A stretch of DNA of 64,000 bases from an uncultured Aminicenantes bacterium. Its GTDB lineage: Bacteria > Acidobacteriota > Aminicenantia > UBA2199. The notes below the pieces were generated by a model. The model searched no databases and was not told the origin of the DNA. It saw nothing but the letters and a program-made list of their open reading frames with translations. The DNA lies in NCBI GenBank assembly GCA_965195285.1, contig CBDAFS010000062.1, forward strand, positions 96,001-160,000, read 5' to 3'. Positions 58,796-64,000 of the stretch are shown piece after piece. Each line of letters begins with the position of its first letter. Positions within the stretch are counted from its first letter, which is position 1. The position numbers and the translations under genes are program-made.

Positions 58796-59992
58796 ATGAA
58801 TATTGATGACCTCCTAAAAATTTCAGTGGAAAGAGGGGCATCGGATTTGCATCTGAAAGTCGGAAACCATCCGGTTTTAAGAATAAGCGGATTATTGCAT
58901 CCCCTCGTTGAACTCAAACGATTGATGCAGGAAGACACCATTGCCATGTCTTTCTCAATCATGAATGCCGAGCAAAAGGATCGATTTAAAAAAGAACATG
59001 AAATCGATATGGCTCACAGTGTCCCGGGACTGGGGCGGTTTCGTTGCAATGTGTTTCATCAGAGGGGTGCCATCGGAATGGTAATGAGGGTGATCCCCAC
59101 CCAGGTCAAAGCCATTTCCGATCTAAACCTGCCTCTGGTTCTGGAAAAAATTGCCGATGAGCGAAGGGGAATGGTGCTGGTAACCGGAACCACGGGAAGC
59201 GGGAAATCCACAACCCTGGCAGCCATGATCGATCACATCAATACCCATCGAATCGAACATATGATCACCATTGAAGATCCCATTGAATACCTGCACCGGG
59301 ATAAAAAAAGTATTCTCAACCAGAGGGAAGTCGGTCAGGACACCAATAGTTTCTCCACCGCCTTGAGAAGCGCTTTGAGAGAAGACCCGGATGTTATTCT
59401 GGTCGGCGAAATGAGGGATCTGGAAACCATCGAAACCGCATTGTTGGCTGCAGAAACCGGCCACATGTTGCTATCCACGCTTCATACTCTGGATGCTCCC
59501 GAAACCATAAACCGAATCATCTCCATGTTCCCCCCCCACCACCAGAAGCAAATCAGAATACAGTTAGCATCGGTTTTAAAGGCCATTATATCCATGCGCC
59601 TGATCCCCAGAGCAGACCAGAAAGGCCGGGTTCCAGCAGTTGAAATACTGGTCAATACCCCCTTTATCCAGGACTGTATTACGGTACCGGAAAAAACCAA
59701 ACTCATCAGAGAAGCCATTTCCACCGGAGTTTCTCAATATGGCATGCAAACCTTTGACCAATCACTGTTTTTCCTCTATGAAAAAAAATTCATTAGTTAT
59801 GAGGAGGCCTTGAAATGGGCTTCCAATCCGGATGAATTCAAACTCAAAAAAATCGGAATCCAATCCACCAAAGATATGTCCCAGCAAGAAATTGAAAAAC
59901 GGATGTCCGATATCGGTCAGGCCGAAGGACCGGAAAGTAAAACGGATTCGGATTTCGAAGATCACCACCTTCTGGATATTGACAATATATGA
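58796..59992 (+). CDS. pilT: Type IV pilus retraction ATPase, PilT/PilU family
   Basis: ASDLHL, GTTGSGKST, EDPIE, LREDPDVILVGEMRD, STLHT, GMQTFDQ. Confidence 0.92.
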   Translation: MNIDDLLKISVERGASDLHLKVGNHPVLRISGLLHPLVELKRLMQEDTIAMSFSIMNAEQKDRFKKEHEIDMAHSVPGLGRFRCNVFHQRGAIGMVMRVIPTQVKAISDLNLPLVLEKIADERRGMVLVTGTTGSGKSTTLAAMIDHINTHRIEHMITIEDPIEYLHRDKKSILNQREVGQDTNSFSTALRSALREDPDVILVGEMRDLETIETALLAAETGHMLLSTLHTLDAPETINRIISMFPPHHQKQIRIQLASVLKAIISMRLIPRADQKGRVPAVEILVNTPFIQDCITVPEKTKLIREAISTGVSQYGMQTFDQSLFFLYEKKFISYEEALKWASNPDEFKLKKIGIQSTKDMSQQEIEKRMSDIGQAEGPESKTDSDFEDHHLLDIDNI

Positions 59993-62637
59993 GAAATTCA
60001 GAAATCAGAGAAATATTTTTCTCGTTTTTTGACCAAAACAAACATTACCGGGTGTTTTCTTCTCCCCTGATCCCAGCCAAAGACCCGACCCTTTTATTCA
60101 CCAACGCCGGCATGAATCAATTCAAAGATGTCTTTCTCGGCCTGGAAACCCGGGATTACAAGCGAGCAATCAGCATCCAGAAATGCATGCGGGTTTCCGG
60201 GAAGCACAATGATTTCAACGAGGTGGGAAAAACCGAATATCACCATACTTTTTTTGAAATGCTGGGAAATTTCTCTTTTGGGAATTACTTCAAAGAAAAA
60301 GCCATTGAATACGCCTGGGAATTGCTCACCCAGCATTATCACTTCAATCCTGACGATTTATGGGTTTCAATTTTCAAACAGGATGATGAGGCATTTAAAA
60401 TCTGGGAGCAACAGATCGGGGTTCCGTCCCGTAAAATAATCAGACTTGACGAAAAAGATAACTTCTGGCAGATGGGAGAAACCGGACCCTGCGGTCCCTG
60501 CTCCGAAATTCATTTTGACAAGGGAGAGCAGCATGGCCCGGTTAATTCTCTTGAAAACGGAAATCGTTTTGTTGAAATCTGGAACCTGGTCTTCATGCAA
60601 TACAACCGGAACAAAGACGGAAAACTCAATCCCCTTTCGGCCCCGTCAATTGATACCGGAATGGGAATGGAACGGCTGACCTCTTTGCTTCAAAATGTCG
60701 ACAGCAATTACCAGACAGATCTGTTTAAACCCATCATCGATTTTACAGCTGAAATGTGCGGCATTCATCCGGATGACAAAACCAGTCAAGTAGACTTTAA
60801 AGTCATTGCCGATCATATCCGGGCCCTTTCATTTCTCATTTCCGATGGCGTGCTTCCTGCCAACACCGGCCGGGGATATGTGTTGAGACGGTTGCTCAGA
60901 AGAGCCTCCAAACATGGAAAATTACTGGGATTTTCCAAACCGTTTCTCTATAAAATCAGCCTCAGCGTCATCGAAACCATGAAGGCATTTTATCCCGAAC
61001 TGGAATACAACCGGGGTTTTATTTCTGAAGTCATTCTGGCCGAAGAAGAGAGGTTTAACCAAACCCTGTTAAATGGCCTCAAGAAATTCGAAGAATGCCT
61101 GGAAAAGGCCCTGGCCAGCAAACAGAAAACCATCTCCGGTACCGAGCTATTCAAACTCTCCGACACCTATGGATTTCCCCTGGATTTCGCCATTGACTTG
61201 GCCACGGAACGGGATGTGTTGATCGACTTCCCCGGTTTTCAGCAAGAACTGGAAAACCAGAGAAAAAAATCCAGACTGGATTTGGATCAAAAGAAAAAAT
61301 CCGGAAAGACTTTTGAGAATGTCGAAAAATTCAAATCGATTTTCACCGGCTACTCCGGTTTAATTGACCAGGGAACCTTACTGGCAATCTATACGGCATC
61401 CGAAAATCCGAACCACTATCAGGCAATATCCCAGATTGAAAAAAGTAAAACCCCTTCCGACCCCGGAGATATCCTGCTGATATTTGACCGAACCCCATTC
61501 TACCCCGAATCGGGCGGACAGGTCGGGGACACCGGAAATGGAAAAAATGAGAATGTGTATATCGAAATAAATGACACCCAGAAACTCGACCGAGGAACCA
61601 TCGTCCATTTTGCCAGAATAAAAAAGGGGAAATTAAAATCGGGGGACAGACTCATGCTGTCGGTACACCCGGGGAAACGGAAGCATACTGCTATCCACCA
61701 CTCTGCCACCCATTTGCTCCACTATTCACTGAGGGAAGTTCTGGGACTTCATGTCAGGCAAGCCGGATCCTATGTGGGCCCGGACAAGTTACGATTCGAT
61801 TTTACCCATTTTAAACCGGTATCGCAGGCAGAGTTAAAAAAAGTTGAGGTCATTGTCAACCAGAAGATCAGGGAGAATTTACCATTGGAAACCGAAGACA
61901 TGAAATATGAAATGGCTATTGAAAAAGGCGCAATTGCCCTATTTGAAGAAAAATATTCGGATTCCGTAAGGGTAATATCCATCGGAGACACCTCCATGGA
62001 GTTGTGCGGGGGTACCCACATTCAGAATACGGGAGAAATCGGTTTATTTAAAATAATTTCCGAATCATCCATTTCCTCGGGAATCAGAAGGATTGAAGCC
62101 ATCGGAGGTGATACCGCTTTCTTATTTATACAGGAAAGTTTGGAAACCCTCAACAAAATCCAACATCATTTCAACCAGCGCCAGGAAAACCTATTGGATT
62201 TCCTGATTCAGACGGATAAGACTTTAAAGGAAAAGGATAAACAATTGCAAAAAATGGATAAAGTCGACCGGGAAAAAGAATCGGGAAAAATCATCGGCCA
62301 ACCCCAGTCAATCAATAACATAAAGACGATCGTGGAATATGTGGAAGACATCAATCACCAGCAGCTTCGCTCTTTGGCCGATAAAGTCAAAACAAAAAAC
62401 AAAGGGATATCAATTCTTTTATCCAACATCAACGGTAAATCGGCAATCATCGTATCCATATTTGAAAACCTGACCCGGAAAGCGGATGCCCGGATGCTCA
62501 TCAAGGAAATCGCCAGCCTGGTGGACGGGGATGGGGGTGGCCGGGTAGATTTTGCCCAGGCCGGTGGAAAGCCCATAGAAAACATTCCCAAACTAAAAAA
62601 GAATATCTCCGATATATTAAAAAAACACCTGACATGA
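59989..62637 (+). CDS. alaS: Alanine--tRNA ligase
   Basis: TNAGMNQFK, HHTFFEMLGNFSFG, GPCGPCSE, DTGMGMER, HSATHLLH, ELCGGTH, GGGRVDFAQAGG. Confidence 0.99.
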   Translation: MRNSEIREIFFSFFDQNKHYRVFSSPLIPAKDPTLLFTNAGMNQFKDVFLGLETRDYKRAISIQKCMRVSGKHNDFNEVGKTEYHHTFFEMLGNFSFGNYFKEKAIEYAWELLTQHYHFNPDDLWVSIFKQDDEAFKIWEQQIGVPSRKIIRLDEKDNFWQMGETGPCGPCSEIHFDKGEQHGPVNSLENGNRFVEIWNLVFMQYNRNKDGKLNPLSAPSIDTGMGMERLTSLLQNVDSNYQTDLFKPIIDFTAEMCGIHPDDKTSQVDFKVIADHIRALSFLISDGVLPANTGRGYVLRRLLRRASKHGKLLGFSKPFLYKISLSVIETMKAFYPELEYNRGFISEVILAEEERFNQTLLNGLKKFEECLEKALASKQKTISGTELFKLSDTYGFPLDFAIDLATERDVLIDFPGFQQELENQRKKSRLDLDQKKKSGKTFENVEKFKSIFTGYSGLIDQGTLLAIYTASENPNHYQAISQIEKSKTPSDPGDILLIFDRTPFYPESGGQVGDTGNGKNENVYIEINDTQKLDRGTIVHFARIKKGKLKSGDRLMLSVHPGKRKHTAIHHSATHLLHYSLREVLGLHVRQAGSYVGPDKLRFDFTHFKPVSQAELKKVEVIVNQKIRENLPLETEDMKYEMAIEKGAIALFEEKYSDSVRVISIGDTSMELCGGTHIQNTGEIGLFKIISESSISSGIRRIEAIGGDTAFLFIQESLETLNKIQHHFNQRQENLLDFLIQTDKTLKEKDKQLQKMDKVDREKESGKIIGQPQSINNIKTIVEYVEDINHQQLRSLADKVKTKNKGISILLSNINGKSAIIVSIFENLTRKADARMLIKEIASLVDGDGGGRVDFAQAGGKPIENIPKLKKNISDILKKHLT

Positions 62638-63308
62638 AAACCAAGACGATCTCGATTCTACTTTTTTTTGTCGCCATATCTCTCTGTGCAGAAATAGTCG
62701 TCAAATATGACAAGGATGGGAAAATTGTTGTTTCCAACAGACTGTCCAAATATGACAGCCGGAATCAAGTCAATTTTAAAAATTCATTCTACTCGCCTTC
62801 GATTCCCTCTTCGTATCTCCTGAAAATCAAAACGCTGTCCAAGGAGCATAAATTGCGAGAAGATTTAATCATTGCAGTGATAAAGGCCGAATCCAGTTTT
62901 AACCCCTATGCAGTCTCTAAAAAGGGCGCCATCGGTCTCATGCAACTCATGCCGGATACAGCCAGACAGTACGGAGTTACAAACAGATTTGATGTCAATC
63001 AAAATCTGAAGGGTGGTATCACCCACCTGAAATACCTGTACCGAAAATACAATAAAAATCTCCCGCTCACCCTGGCCGCCTACAATGCCGGTGAGAAAGC
63101 AGTCAAAAACCACAACGGAATCCCTCCTTACCGGGAAACCCATAATTATATAAAGCGAACCATGAAATATATGGGATTACATTACAGCGGTTACTTGAAA
63201 CCCAGACCGAGAAAAAAATTATTCAAATATATCACCAAAGAAGGGAGGATTGTCATAACCGACTTATTCCCCGCCAAATTCGACGGGAATGTGGAAATAA
63301 TCGAATAG
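62634..63308 (+). CDS. Lytic transglycosylase (SLT domain), secreted
   Basis: Signal peptide; AES catalytic motif, GLMQLMP, AYNAG. Confidence 0.92.
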   Translation: MKTKTISILLFFVAISLCAEIVVKYDKDGKIVVSNRLSKYDSRNQVNFKNSFYSPSIPSSYLLKIKTLSKEHKLREDLIIAVIKAESSFNPYAVSKKGAIGLMQLMPDTARQYGVTNRFDVNQNLKGGITHLKYLYRKYNKNLPLTLAAYNAGEKAVKNHNGIPPYRETHNYIKRTMKYMGLHYSGYLKPRPRKKLFKYITKEGRIVITDLFPAKFDGNVEIIE

Positions 63309-63320
63309 GAATCTCCGATA

Positions 63321-63806
63321 ATGATAAAATTAAGATCTGCCAGAAAGAGTATTCTGCTAGGAGGGTTGCTTTCAGGAATACTATCCGTCATTCCCATCAT
63401 CAACTTATTCAATATCTTTTTCATGCTATGGATGGGAGTGGGAGGTCTGATCAGCATCTACCTGCTGAAAAAGGATACGCCTGCAATTCAAACCGCTGAT
63501 GCTGCTCTGGTCGGGGCCGCCAGCGGATTGACCGGTGGGATCATTTTCGTTTTGTTTTCTACCATCATGGTATTCAACATTTCAGAAGAGAAAATCGAAA
63601 ATGCATTGGCTAAAGTGGGTTCCCTGGCCTCACTGGTCGAAGAGGATATCCTGTCCCTGGTTCAAAATACAAATTTTAGAATGATGTTTTTCGGCGTGAT
63701 TGCCATTGGTTTTTGCTTCGCCATTATTTCCGGTTTAACCGGCGGACTGATCGGTAAATCCATTTTTTTCTCCAATAAAGACATAAAAAAGGAGGAACAG
63801 CCATGA
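63321..63806 (+). CDS. Hypothetical glycine-rich membrane protein (about four TMs)
   Basis: Hydrophobic helices with Gly repeats; in the operon after the SLT gene. Confidence 0.7.
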   Translation: MIKLRSARKSILLGGLLSGILSVIPIINLFNIFFMLWMGVGGLISIYLLKKDTPAIQTADAALVGAASGLTGGIIFVLFSTIMVFNISEEKIENALAKVGSLASLVEEDILSLVQNTNFRMMFFGVIAIGFCFAIISGLTGGLIGKSIFFSNKDIKKEEQP

Positions 63807-64000
63807 TAGCAGATAAAGTCCACATCATCGTCAATCCCTTTTCCGCCCGGGGGAAAACAGGGCAGCGCTGGAACACCATAAAAGATATTGTGAAAAACTA
63901 TTTCAAAGAATTCAAATACATCTTCACTGAAAAACCCCGGCAGGCCACCCAGATTGCCCGAGAAATACTCAAAGATGGTTTTGACCTGATTATCGGGGTG
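63803..64000 (+). CDS. Diacylglycerol kinase family lipid kinase (YegS/DagK-like), partial
   Basis: Manual translation MIADKVHIIVNPFSARGK...TEKPRQATQIAR...DLIIGV; AGGAGG RBS; ATGA overlap with the previous gene. Confidence 0.85.
   Translation, partial: MIADKVHIIVNPFSARGKTGQRWNTIKDIVKNYFKEFKYIFTEKPRQATQIAREILKDGFDLIIGV

Noticed and set aside
1-64000. tRNA, rRNA or riboswitch genes
   Set aside because: No cloverleaf, rRNA-like or recognisable riboswitch sequence (including a cobalamin riboswitch near nrdJ) was seen by eye. A covariance-model scan is needed to exclude them fully.

Overview
Gene-dense chromosomal segment of an anaerobic, diderm bacterium. Gene content and order resemble Acidobacteriota/Ca. 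Aminicenantes; this is inference, not a search result. From the left it carries: the start of the dcw cluster (mraZ-rsmH-ftsL-ftsI-murE-murF, minus strand); a class II RNR under a sigma70 promoter with an NrdR box; 2-oxoacid:ferredoxin oxidoreductase subunits; purA, pepT and a Ycf46-like AAA ATPase; ppsA; ftsH-cdaA-cdaR-glmM-pdxJ-lpdA; thyX; a small polysaccharide locus; comEA divergent from four minor-pilin genes; and a Cyc2-like cytochrome-porin with a multiheme cytochrome. An AT-rich island (about 37.7-41.8 kb) is rich in CCGTCCCC/TGACCCC-type repeats and carries a TIR gene. After it come a kinase-phospholyase fusion, an uncharacterised four-gene operon (two AlkP-superfamily enzymes, a small RHH-like protein with an LGY tail, and an EMC3/TMCO1-like membrane protein), a perR/fur-like gene, a two-subunit oxoprolinase/hydantoinase with an Nramp-like transporter, a CCA-type nucleotidyltransferase, a beta-CASP nuclease, pilT, alaS and an SLT. 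No rRNA, tRNA or CRISPR array was seen. The best candidates for novelty are the AlkP/RHH/Oxa1-like operon, a catalytically degenerate Clp ATPase that keeps the ClpP-docking IGF loop, the Cyc2-like pair and the repeat-structured island.
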